Assembly: GCA_038255465.1 (NCBI GenBank)
Contig: JBBSLJ010000001.1
Coordinates: 54,274 to 118,273 of the forward strand
From: Candidatus Saccharimonadales bacterium
GTDB taxonomy: Bacteria > Patescibacteriota > Saccharimonadia > Saccharimonadales > JACDFO01
Direction: 5' to 3'
Length of the DNA stretch: 64,000 bases
Position numbers and translations under genes: made by a program. The notes under the pieces were generated by a model. The model did no database searches and was not told the origin of the DNA. It saw only the letters and a list, made by a program, of their open reading frames with translations. Shown here in pieces: positions 9,711 to 18,833 of the stretch (positions within the stretch are counted from its first letter, which is position 1; each line of letters begins with the position of its first letter).

Positions 9711-11594
9711 TTACTGCAAAACTGCTTTGATTCGCCGGATACCGGCTGAACTCGCTTCTTCTTTAACTATTTTAAAACGTTTACTATCTTCAAACAACTG
9801 CAAAGTGTGATCAACGTGCGGGCCGCCACAAATTTCAAAACTGAACGGCTTGTCTGCTCCGTCAGCAATCATTTTATACACCTTAACTGTTTCGCCGTAA
9901 CGATCGCCGAACTGCCCCAGTGCCCCTAGATTACCTGTTGCTTCCTCTGTTGAGTACTCTGCCCATGACACTTTTAAGTCTTGTTCAATTTGCTCGTTTA
10001 CAATGTCTTCAACTCGTTTTATCTGTTCTGGACTTACTTTTTCAGGGTTAGAAAAGTCAAAGCGGAGGCGTTCTTCGGTAATATTAGAACCACGCTGGAT
10101 AACATGATCACCCAGTATTTCGCGTAGCGCCTGATACATTAAATGTGTCGCGGTGTGGTACTTCTTGTGTTGCAGTGTTTGGCCGCCCAGTCCACCTTTA
10201 AAAGTTCCTTTAGTAGCGGTCTGGCTGCGCTGACGCTGGGCCTGCATATTATCATCGAACTCATTACGCCAGTTGGCATTAACATTTATATCGCGTTTAT
10301 AAGCTTCTTCTACGCTTAATTCAGGTGGGAACCCGTACGTATCGTACAGTGTGAATATTTTTGTCCCGTTAAAGCCACCGGCTGCAATTTTTTGAAATTC
10401 ATTGAGACCTTTACGAAGGGTCTGGCGAAAAACTTTTTCTTCCCTTACGAGCACATCTACAACTAACTGGCGCTTTTCTGCTACTTCCGGGAAGTCATTA
10501 TGGTATAGATCAGCAATAACCGGCACAACCTGCTCAAGAAAGTTCTGCTCAATGCCAAGTTCAAACGCATACCGTATAGCGCGCCTTATAAAACGGCGCA
10601 TGACATAGCCCTGCTCCTTGTTGCTTGGCACTACGCCATCGACCGCCAAGAAGGTGGCTGTGCGCAAATGATCAGCAATCACTCTCATGCTTTCATGATG
10701 AGAGTCGTAACTCTTGCCGGACAGTTTTTCTAGTTTATCGATAATCGGCCAGACGACGCTAATTCGGAACATGTCATCACTGTTGATTGCTGCCTGGGCG
10801 ATACGTTCTAATCCACCGCCAAAATCAACGTTCTGCTTGGGCAATTTTTCAAACCCTTTGTCAGTACGCAGGTACTCCATAAAAACTGAATTTCCTATTT
10901 CAATGTAACGGCCGCAGTCACAGTTAGGGTGACAGTGCTTGCCCCACTTTTCATTATGCTGAACATGGTCAAGCAGGTAGAAGACCTCGCTATCAGGACC
11001 ACACGGCTCACCGACTTTCACATTTTTTGGCGCTCCATCACGGCTCCACCAGTTCTTTTCGTCGTAAAAGAAAATGCGACCGTCTTGTTCGCCAACCTTG
11101 TAGCCGTTATCTTCCGACCCTATTTCAACTTGCTTAACTTCAACATCTTTAGCAGCAAAGAGTTTGCTCCAGATCTCGGCACTTTCGGTATCTTTAGGTA
11201 CATTGTATTCGGGGAAACCACTACAGCATGTGATGTAGAGTTTTTGCGGATTAAGCCCAACAATATCAGTTAGAAATTCAAAAAATGCAGGCAACTGTTC
11301 TTTTTTAAAGTAATCACCCAAACTCCAGTTACCGAGCATTTCGAAAAATGTAGTGTGACGGTTGTCGCCAACTTCATCAATATCCTGCGCACGCAAGCAT
11401 GTTTGGCTATTCACAAGGCGAGTACCTTCAGGGTGATCCTCACCTAAAAGGTAAGGAATCAAGGGTTGCATGCCTGAACCTGTAAACAATGTGGAGGGGT
11501 CATTTTGCGGTACTAAAAGCGCCCGCGGTATTGCTTGATGCCCGCGTGACTTAAAGAAGTCTAAATACGCATTTCTGATGTCTTGTGCATTCAT
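9711..11594 (-). CDS. alaS: Alanine--tRNA ligase, short form (catalytic, tRNA-recognition and editing domains; no C-Ala domain)
   Basis: 627 aa. The N-terminus (FTGSGMQP, FFEMLGNWSLGDYFK) is the class II AlaRS core. The C-terminal HxxxH/CGGxHV editing motifs are present (ICGGPHVDHT) but the ORF ends right after them. Confidence 0.85.
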   Translation of the reverse strand: MNAQDIRNAYLDFFKSRGHQAIPRALLVPQNDPSTLFTGSGMQPLIPYLLGEDHPEGTRLVNSQTCLRAQDIDEVGDNRHTTFFEMLGNWSLGDYFKKEQLPAFFEFLTDIVGLNPQKLYITCCSGFPEYNVPKDTESAEIWSKLFAAKDVEVKQVEIGSEDNGYKVGEQDGRIFFYDEKNWWSRDGAPKNVKVGEPCGPDSEVFYLLDHVQHNEKWGKHCHPNCDCGRYIEIGNSVFMEYLRTDKGFEKLPKQNVDFGGGLERIAQAAINSDDMFRISVVWPIIDKLEKLSGKSYDSHHESMRVIADHLRTATFLAVDGVVPSNKEQGYVMRRFIRRAIRYAFELGIEQNFLEQVVPVIADLYHNDFPEVAEKRQLVVDVLVREEKVFRQTLRKGLNEFQKIAAGGFNGTKIFTLYDTYGFPPELSVEEAYKRDINVNANWRNEFDDNMQAQRQRSQTATKGTFKGGLGGQTLQHKKYHTATHLMYQALREILGDHVIQRGSNITEERLRFDFSNPEKVSPEQIKRVEDIVNEQIEQDLKVSWAEYSTEEATGNLGALGQFGDRYGETVKVYKMIADGADKPFSFEICGGPHVDHTLQLFEDSKRFKIVKEEASSAGIRRIKAVLQ

Positions 11595-11635
11595 ATCTGA
11601 TACAGTCTAGCAGATTTTGTGGTTGAATAGATGTA

Positions 11636-12310
11636 GTGAAAAATCTTAGATTTACGCGCTTACTGTTGCAACCCTCGGCCGGTGGTTCATTTGGTATTAT
11701 CATGCTTTCTTTAGCCGTTATGGCCGGGGCTGCGTTATCTTTTGTATCAAATCGAGGGCTTTTCTACGATTATTTGTTTGGCAGCGGTAGCTCTGCTGCT
11801 TTAATTGAGACGTCCCGGTCAAGTATTTCGCTTTTTAGCGAGATGATTTTTGGCAACCCATTACTTAATAAAATCCTTTTCTTTATGTTCTGGATGGTTG
11901 TCGGATTAATCGTTTATCTACTCATTAGCGGCATTGGAGCCGGTGCCGCTGGTGCAGAGCAGGCGCTAAAAGAGTCGGGTTTTATGCATGCAAAAAGGGC
12001 TAAAATCAGCCGCGATCTGATATTCCGAATTATATTGCGATTAATTGCCTTAGGCCTGCTAGTGATATACGGCGTATTGCTAATTAGAATTCTGTTGCCA
12101 TTTGGCATTCTGTCGGCTCGGATCGTGGCTGGTAACCCCGGGCAGGTAAACAGCTGGTACTATGGCGCGCTTGGATTTATTGTCCTTGTCGGAAGTTTTT
12201 ACGTCAGTTTAGTACTGTTGCGCTTTTTGATGCTTAGACCACGAATCTTTGGCGGACAAGAAGATTTGATAGCAGACGAAATAAAGCATAGCGACCACCA
12301 AGTCAGTTAA
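11636..12310 (+). CDS. Hypothetical polytopic membrane protein
   Basis: 224 aa with several hydrophobic helices and no conserved motif recognised. Confidence 0.5.
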   Translation: MKNLRFTRLLLQPSAGGSFGIIMLSLAVMAGAALSFVSNRGLFYDYLFGSGSSAALIETSRSSISLFSEMIFGNPLLNKILFFMFWMVVGLIVYLLISGIGAGAAGAEQALKESGFMHAKRAKISRDLIFRIILRLIALGLLVIYGVLLIRILLPFGILSARIVAGNPGQVNSWYYGALGFIVLVGSFYVSLVLLRFLMLRPRIFGGQEDLIADEIKHSDHQVS

Positions 12311-13347
12311 ACCACGACACCCCCGCCTACTACGCGGCTACCATCATAAAAGACTGCAGATTGGCCGGGAGTAACGGCTCTGATTTCTTCAGCAATGTCT
12401 ACGGTAAGTATCGATTTATTTAATTTTAACGTTGCTTCAACTAACGGCGCCCGATAACGGGTTCGCACCATATAACTTTTGTCCATCTTCGGGGCTTGGT
12501 TAATCCAGTGCAAGCTCGTTAATTTAAGTTGCTTACTCCAGAGCTTTTTGTCATCCAGGTCGGTTGTAACATGCACTTCATTTTTATCCATGTTTTTACC
12601 AATAACATAGTATGGCAGTCCGCCGCCAACACTCAGCCCATGACGCTGCCCGATGGTGTAGAAAATTGCGCCGTCATGCTGCCCTATTTCACGGCCATGC
12701 TGATTAATGATCGATCCAGGTTCGGAAGTAACATATTGTTCTAAAAATTCACGGATACCAACCTTACCGACAAAGCAGATGCCTTGACTGTCCTTTTTTT
12801 CAGCCGTTACAAGACCTAGCTTTTTGGCTAGACTTCGTACTTCTTCTTTGGTTTTGAATACACCTATAGGCATCAAACTTTTTTTAAGCGCCTTTTCTGT
12901 AGCGCGGTACAAAAAATATGATTGATCTTTATCTTGGTTACGCGCTACATGTAGCTCACCGTTTGTAGCCCTAGAGTAGTGGCCGGTGGCTATCAGATCT
13001 GCACCGTCGTCAAGCGCCGTTTCAAGAAAGAGCTTAAACTTCACTTCCTGGTTACACATAATATCCGGGTTTGGTGTCCGCCCTGCTTTGTATTCATCTA
13101 TCATGTAGTCCACAACTTTTTGCAGGTACTGTGCTTGGAAGTCATAAACTTTAAAATCTATACCGAGTTGCACTGCTACGCGCTTGGCATCCTGAAAGTC
13201 ATCTTTCCATGGGCACGGCATCCCCGGCAAATCTTTGGTCCAGTTCTTCATATACACGCCCACAACGTTATAGCCCTGCTGCATTAGCAGGGCAGCGGTC
13301 ACGGAGCTATCAACTCCGCCAGACATTCCGACATATACCGTTTTCAT
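12307..13347 (-). CDS. mnmA: tRNA-specific 2-thiouridylase MnmA
   Basis: 346 aa. N-terminal PP-loop (VGMSGGVDSSV) and MnmA-like catalytic Cys region. Confidence 0.9.
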   Translation of the reverse strand: MKTVYVGMSGGVDSSVTAALLMQQGYNVVGVYMKNWTKDLPGMPCPWKDDFQDAKRVAVQLGIDFKVYDFQAQYLQKVVDYMIDEYKAGRTPNPDIMCNQEVKFKLFLETALDDGADLIATGHYSRATNGELHVARNQDKDQSYFLYRATEKALKKSLMPIGVFKTKEEVRSLAKKLGLVTAEKKDSQGICFVGKVGIREFLEQYVTSEPGSIINQHGREIGQHDGAIFYTIGQRHGLSVGGGLPYYVIGKNMDKNEVHVTTDLDDKKLWSKQLKLTSLHWINQAPKMDKSYMVRTRYRAPLVEATLKLNKSILTVDIAEEIRAVTPGQSAVFYDGSRVVGGGVVV

Positions 13348-13422
13348 AACCCGCCTATTTTAACAGATAAGCTGTTTAAAAAGTTGCTTTAAATACTATT
13401 GATTTTCCTAAATTTAATTAAT

Positions 13423-13449
13423 AAACGCCTGGAGTAACTTCAGGCGTTT
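13423..13449 (-). terminator. Hairpin (9-bp stem AAACGCCTG/CAGGCGTTT) followed by an A/T-rich run on the minus strand
   Basis: Lies about 90 bp downstream of the stop of the PKD-domain gene (minus strand). A second GC hairpin, CGCGGG-ttcat-CCCGCG, sits at about 13475-13490. Confidence 0.5.
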
Positions 13450-13537
13450 ATATCTTTACTCAGGAAGGAGCAGCCGGAGACGCGGGTTCATCCCGCGCCC
13501 CGCGCGATGAGGGAACCTATCTCGGTTCTCTCATTAC

Positions 13538-14458
13538 TTAGAACGGACGTTCGCCCTGTTCGATTTTCCTGCGAAGCATTTTTAATTCGTATTTTCTGCC
13601 GAGCCAAAATGTAGATATAAGCAGTGGGATTGAAATTGCTGCCGGCTGCCATAATATTCTTGTCCGAGTCGTAGTTGTGCCAGCACCCTCTCCACTGCCT
13701 TCACCCCCATTATCCTGGCTAAGAGCACCGTTAGCGATACCTACGAGCTGCAAGAATGCCACCCCGCCGTTTCTATCAGTTGCCTTAATGATAATGTTAT
13801 ACACACCAGGGCTGTCATATTCGTGTTTAATTTCAAAGGTACCAGGAAACGCCTGACTAATAAGGTCTGGTGTTTTACCATCTCCCCAGTCTACGCTTAA
13901 GGCGTATGGACCATCACCGCCCGATATAATAATGGGCCAGGTAAGCGTTTGACCCGGATTGGCTCCACGCTTTGCAAAATTGCTGGTGAGCGAAACGCGC
14001 GAAGTAGTCCCTTGCCTGGTATCGGTATAAACCACCGTAACAATATTTGAATCAGGTCCTGGCTGATCCAGCGAATCAAAAACACGTGCTACGAGTTCGT
14101 TCTGGCCGTTAAAAAGATCTATGATAAGCGAATAGCTACCGTTCTTGCACATAACCGAACCAGCAAATACATTATTTTTAAATAATTTTACCAGCAAGTC
14201 ATTAGGACAAATACCACTTACCGTCACGGGCAGACTATTAAAACCCTGACCGTTTGCCGGGACTGTAATAGTAGCTGGCTGTGTGGGTGGAGGTGAAGAT
14301 AACGTGCCCTGAACCCCGATAGCCCCATCCTGAGGATTTGGTGATTGAGCCGAAATCGGACCAGTAAGCAGTGCCCCTAAAAGCCCGAGACCCATTAGTA
14401 TCCCAACATATCTACGCATAGTTATAGCTAGTGTACGTTTTAAGTCGCTTAAGCTCAA
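13538..14458 (-). CDS. Secreted surface protein with PKD-like domain and C-terminal TM anchor
   Basis: Signal peptide; a PKD-like segment (YALSVDWGDGKTPD...YNIIIKATDRNGG); a C-terminal hydrophobic helix followed by a basic tail. Confidence 0.6.
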   Translation of the reverse strand: MSLSDLKRTLAITMRRYVGILMGLGLLGALLTGPISAQSPNPQDGAIGVQGTLSSPPPTQPATITVPANGQGFNSLPVTVSGICPNDLLVKLFKNNVFAGSVMCKNGSYSLIIDLFNGQNELVARVFDSLDQPGPDSNIVTVVYTDTRQGTTSRVSLTSNFAKRGANPGQTLTWPIIISGGDGPYALSVDWGDGKTPDLISQAFPGTFEIKHEYDSPGVYNIIIKATDRNGGVAFLQLVGIANGALSQDNGGEGSGEGAGTTTTRTRILWQPAAISIPLLISTFWLGRKYELKMLRRKIEQGERPF

Positions 14459-14525
14459 GCGTAAACACTAAAAATAGCCGGCATTAGCTCCGGCTATATT
14501 TAGTTTTAAGTGTTTTTACGGTTAA

Positions 14526-15509
14526 CTATTTCTTCTTGAGGCCGTGTTTTGGCTTGGACAAACCGTAGCGTCTGTAAAGGTAGTAACCGCCAGCTACCAG
14601 TGCTGCAATCAATACCACGATCACGCCAATTGCCCACAAAGGAATATACCAAAAGCTGGTTGAAGCAACAATCAGCTCGCCACTGCCTTGACTGACACCA
14701 AGATTAAGGTTAATGGTGTAGCGACCCAAAAACTTTTGTTTAGGTATGGCGTCTTCAAAGCGACGGGTGCTATCAGGTAAAATGTTAGCACGAGGAGTAA
14801 CATTATTAAATTCATATTCGTGAACGACTTTACCGAACATGTCTTTGACTTGAATTTTTCCGAATGGCTGCAAATGTATATCACCACTATTTTTAATACG
14901 GGTCATGACACTTACGTCACCACCAGTTAAGAAACTTTTAGCCTTACCGTTTTGAGAAGAAGTCAACTCGATCAAATCGAGCCGCTCCGTTAGATTGCCA
15001 GGCACGCGGACAAGTATTATTGTTCCTACGCTTGCAGTAAGACCAACATTGCCGGCACCAGGAGCCGGAGCGGGCACAAAACGAATGGTGCCATAATAAC
15101 CACCGGAATTGGCATTCTCAGGTATTCGGATTGTAACTTGTATTTCTTTTTGTTCGCGAGGGCCAAGTGTCAACTCGGATGGAGTATTTACCAAAGTTTT
15201 AAAACTATTCTTTGGGGCAGGTGTACTATCATCAAGAATCAAACGCGGTTCGCCCGTTTCATTCTCACTACTAACAAAATCGTTTACTACTGGCTGTGCC
15301 ACAACTGTAGCGTCAGTAGGATTCTCTATAGTTATTGGAAACTGTTGGCTACCACCTTTTTCAATTGTAAATTCATTTCTAACAGGCGAAATTCTAAAGC
15401 CATTTCCTCCACCTGTAGTTACTTGCGCTTTACTAATCCCAGTTGCCATTACCACTAACAGCAGTATTACAGCAATCAGGCTACTAGTTCTTTTAAAAAC
15501 CGTCGTCAT
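14526..15509 (-). CDS. Cell-surface protein, DUF916/DUF3324-like architecture (signal peptide, two beta domains, C-terminal TM plus basic tail)
   Basis: 327 aa. Paralogous to the 54540..55523 product (shared ISPxxNxFT ... NPT ... DF..S.N pattern). The C-terminal TM plus KKK tail is as in Gram-positive DUF916 anchors. Confidence 0.5.
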   Translation of the reverse strand: MTTVFKRTSSLIAVILLLVVMATGISKAQVTTGGGNGFRISPVRNEFTIEKGGSQQFPITIENPTDATVVAQPVVNDFVSSENETGEPRLILDDSTPAPKNSFKTLVNTPSELTLGPREQKEIQVTIRIPENANSGGYYGTIRFVPAPAPGAGNVGLTASVGTIILVRVPGNLTERLDLIELTSSQNGKAKSFLTGGDVSVMTRIKNSGDIHLQPFGKIQVKDMFGKVVHEYEFNNVTPRANILPDSTRRFEDAIPKQKFLGRYTINLNLGVSQGSGELIVASTSFWYIPLWAIGVIVVLIAALVAGGYYLYRRYGLSKPKHGLKKK

Positions 15510-15566
15510 TAATAACCCCTTTTTATCATTAGCTTACGTCTTATAGCGCCAATATTACCATAAGGT

Positions 15567-16634
15567 TTAAAAGTTTGCCAAGCAAATAAAGGATATAGTT
15601 GTAGCATATACACCAGGCGGCTGCGCTGCATCTATATTGGCAATATAGCTAATTGTAAATTTTCGGTAGTCATTTGGTCCGGTCGAGCTGGCAACCACAT
15701 CCCCGGGCTGAAATCTATACAGATTGGGATTGTTATAGGCTGCAGTAGGCGTAGCAATGCCTGGGCCGATAGGGTTAGATCCGATTGGTGGCGAACTGTT
15801 AGCGCGTAAATTTATTCCAAACTGACTGACGCCAGTACTGGAAGGCGCCTGCGACGTTAAAGGGCTTATGGTGTTGTTCCCTGAAGTCAGCGTGGTGCCA
15901 CTAATCGAAATACTAAGACCAGAGGCAGCATTTGTAACGGCCATCATTTCTGCTTGCGCAAATTTGGTTTGCGACGTCGAAAATTCACCTAGGTCAATTA
16001 GAAAACTGTTCGCAGTAGAGCAGTCAAATCCCACGATTGTCACACTGGCACAAAATCGTAAAAATGGCGGCACCTCAGCACTAACGTTAAATTGTCTGTT
16101 AATCGACAACGCGATTCCTCCAACCTCTAAAGGAGTGCCTGTAGCGTTATCAGAGCTAAAGGTGCGCAGCCGGATATAGAACGTCCCGACATCACTAGGA
16201 TTGATAATAGTATCGAACTCGTACTCAACATCGGCTGTTGTTATAGGCGCCGGAACGCGTGTCAATATTATATTATTTGCATTGGAGTTTGCATGGATAG
16301 TAAAGCCGGTTTCACCAGTCTGGTTGATCAAGCTCGCTCCACTAGCATCAAAGCCATTTGGAGGCACGCATGCCGATTCGGGAATCGGATTATTGGAGCA
16401 GAATTCAAGCTTAACCGACCCCACAACGTCAGTGAAATTTGTAAATGTAAAGCTAAGGACGTGTGTTGAGGTGGCACCTACGGCACTATCAGACATTTTA
16501 TCGCTACGATTTAATAGTGCTGTGGCAGCAAAAACCCGCGGCACCGATTGAATAATCAGTGCCGCCGTGAAAAGAACTATGAGTAGAACTAGCTTGAGAG
16601 TACGAAAAGTATTTATTTCACTCCTTGTTTGCAT
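15567..16634 (-). CDS. Secreted Thr/Ser/Gly-rich two-domain protein, paralog family member A
   Basis: 355 aa with a signal peptide. Conserved Cys pairs (EFCSNNPIPESAC; FCASVTIVGFDC), a GTFYIR motif, and the C-terminal strand PGVYATTISFICLANF shared with the next two ORFs. Confidence 0.55.
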   Translation of the reverse strand: MQTRSEINTFRTLKLVLLIVLFTAALIIQSVPRVFAATALLNRSDKMSDSAVGATSTHVLSFTFTNFTDVVGSVKLEFCSNNPIPESACVPPNGFDASGASLINQTGETGFTIHANSNANNIILTRVPAPITTADVEYEFDTIINPSDVGTFYIRLRTFSSDNATGTPLEVGGIALSINRQFNVSAEVPPFLRFCASVTIVGFDCSTANSFLIDLGEFSTSQTKFAQAEMMAVTNAASGLSISISGTTLTSGNNTISPLTSQAPSSTGVSQFGINLRANSSPPIGSNPIGPGIATPTAAYNNPNLYRFQPGDVVASSTGPNDYRKFTISYIANIDAAQPPGVYATTISFICLANF

Positions 16635-16652
16635 AGCTCAATCATCTTAACT

Positions 16653-17882
16653 CTAGTAATTACCCGTAGCTATGAAAGTCATAGTTGCTGTGTAAATACC
16701 TGGTTCGGTTGTAGTTGCAATGTTACCAATGAACACTAGGACGCCAGTTGATTGCGCTCCAGGAGCTTTGGTGGCAATGGTGTTACCAAAGGTAGCCGAG
16801 AGGTTATTACCAGCCGTTGTAACATCGAAGGCGAACAAGGCGGCACCTGCACCACCAGGTGTGGCCGTACCGGCACTTTGTGTTGTCGCACTACACGCGC
16901 CATCATTATATGGCGCAGCTGATGTCAGTCCAGTTGCTCCACCACCCGTATCGCGGTAGGTACAGAAACCAAACTCTTCTGTGCCTGATGTACTGCTGTT
17001 TGCAGTAGCGCCCATACCGTTAATGGTAAAGCTGCCTGATGTCAGCGTCGCACCCTTGGCACGAATAGTCACGTTGTTGGAAGCATTAGTTGAAACATTG
17101 TACTTGGCGTTTTTGTCAACGAACGGTCCAGCGTCGCTTAGTACACCATTGGTGTCACCAAGCGCTACGGCCGTACCAGATACCGCGGTACAATCTGCGA
17201 AGTTAGCGGCAGAGGTGTAGACACAGAACGTTAAGCGTTCCTGAACCTTAGACGTCACGGTAATCTGAGAGGCTGTGCTCATAGCAACACCACCAGCGTG
17301 GGCCAATGGCGGCTCTGCACCGGGTGCTGTGGAAGTGTAGCTTAGTGCGCCGGCACTAGTTGTAAAAGTCAGAATACGAGCATAAAATGTCGTGTTTGAG
17401 TTAGTTGGGTTAGTAATACCGTCTGCGGCACCTGCGGCACCAAGATCAAAAGATACAGTTGTGGCTGCGGTCACGTTAGCGGCGGTACGCGTTAGAGTAA
17501 TCTGAGTTGCTGTTGAATCAGCCACGTCAATTATCCAGTCAGCAATACCAGTTTGGTTAGCAATCGCGAGGGTAGCATCATTAGTGTTGAAACCTGTTGG
17601 TACTGTACAAGTATCACCAATGATAGGGCTGTTAGCACAAAAGTCTATAACCAAACCACCGATGTTTCCAGCGCTTGGAACGACAAAACTGGTGTCATAC
17701 GTGACATCTTGACCGGCAGTACTGGCACCTGAGGCCGAACTGCTCATTTTAATTTCGCGGGCCGTGATTAGTCCGTAAGCACCTGCTTTTTGTTGAGCAA
17801 GGATTGGTACCAAGCTCGCTAAGACCAGCACGATAGCACCGGCTAAAGCACTAGGCCGTTTTATTTTTTCTGCAAAAACCAT
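16653..17882 (-). CDS. Secreted Thr/Ser/Gly-rich two-domain protein, paralog family member B
   Basis: 409 aa with a signal peptide. DFCANSPIIGDTC, FCVYTSAANFADC, TTFYARI, and the C-terminal PGIYTATMTFIATGNY. Confidence 0.55.
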   Translation of the reverse strand: MVFAEKIKRPSALAGAIVLVLASLVPILAQQKAGAYGLITAREIKMSSSASGASTAGQDVTYDTSFVVPSAGNIGGLVIDFCANSPIIGDTCTVPTGFNTNDATLAIANQTGIADWIIDVADSTATQITLTRTAANVTAATTVSFDLGAAGAADGITNPTNSNTTFYARILTFTTSAGALSYTSTAPGAEPPLAHAGGVAMSTASQITVTSKVQERLTFCVYTSAANFADCTAVSGTAVALGDTNGVLSDAGPFVDKNAKYNVSTNASNNVTIRAKGATLTSGSFTINGMGATANSSTSGTEEFGFCTYRDTGGGATGLTSAAPYNDGACSATTQSAGTATPGGAGAALFAFDVTTAGNNLSATFGNTIATKAPGAQSTGVLVFIGNIATTTEPGIYTATMTFIATGNY

Positions 17883-17996
17883 TTTAAGATTTCTCCTTTT
17901 ATTGCTTGTTTATTTTTGATAATCCAAGGTAAATTTACCATAACAGGTAAGTACTTGCAATAGCTTTCCTTTTGCAGTTATCCACAATCAATAAAG

Positions 17997-18737
17997 TTAG
18001 TATGTGCCGGTTGCAACCAAGTTATGCCGGAAAACATACTCTCCAGCCAAGGTTGTCTCGCTAATATTAAACAGGTAACTGATAGTATAGACAGTTACAC
18101 TTGAGCTCTTGCTTGAATATGCGATCGTGTCGCCCTTATTATACGTAAAACTATTAGGCGTAAGGTAATTAGCAGCTACTTGGCCGAAAGAAAAGGAGCT
18201 GTCTGGAGACTGAACTGGGTTGGTGCCGACATTAGGTGAGCTGTTATCGACTAAGTTTATACCAAATTGCTCGGTGCCTGGGGTTGAGCTACCCGGGGTT
18301 GTCATCGGATTAATCTGGTCGGTAGCACCGGATGAGTTAGTCGGAGGATCTGACTCCGTTCTTACTACGTAGCCCTCTGCCTGCCAAGCTCTGACGTAAA
18401 ATGTTCCGACCGCAGTTGACGCCGATGTCGTATTCAAATATCCCAGGTCAATATTGTTGGCTGTGACAACGAATTCGATAAATGGTTCGTCTGTGGTATT
18501 AAATCCAGCAAACGCCCTAAAGTTAGCGCTGTCAGTTTGGCCAATCGCTAACTCACCGGCCGTCTGACGTGCCCTAAAGTTAGTACTCTGTGCATCAAGC
18601 TCGCCGCCGGTCCCAAAAATTGTCTGGTCGACCCGATAATTGGTAGATGACGAGGATTGCGCCCAGACTTTTAGTGGCGCTACTACCAGCAGTAAAGTTA
18701 GCATCAATGACGTTCCCGCGTATTTGTATTTCCACAT
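17997..18737 (-). CDS. Secreted Thr/Ser-rich protein, shorter paralog C of the same family
   Basis: 246 aa with a signal peptide. GTFYVRA, EQFGINLVDNSSPNVGTNP (compare SQFGINLRANSSPPIGSNP in paralog A), and the C-terminal AGEYVFRHNLVATGTY. Confidence 0.5.
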   Translation of the reverse strand: MWKYKYAGTSLMLTLLLVVAPLKVWAQSSSSTNYRVDQTIFGTGGELDAQSTNFRARQTAGELAIGQTDSANFRAFAGFNTTDEPFIEFVVTANNIDLGYLNTTSASTAVGTFYVRAWQAEGYVVRTESDPPTNSSGATDQINPMTTPGSSTPGTEQFGINLVDNSSPNVGTNPVQSPDSSFSFGQVAANYLTPNSFTYNKGDTIAYSSKSSSVTVYTISYLFNISETTLAGEYVFRHNLVATGTY

Positions 18738-18833
18738 GATTCCTACTTAGAATACCATAACCGGCATTTGAAGGCTGTTTCTAAATGAATATATATAGTA
18801 TGCTTATGGTTAAAGTGATTAACCAGTGGTGGC

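Noticed and set aside
15567-18737. Annotating the three secreted paralogs as WxL-domain proteins or as SCPU/chaperone-usher fimbrial subunits
   Set aside because: There is no Trp at all in two of them, so there is no WxL motif. No chaperone or usher genes are nearby. The C-terminal motif similarity is only an analogy.
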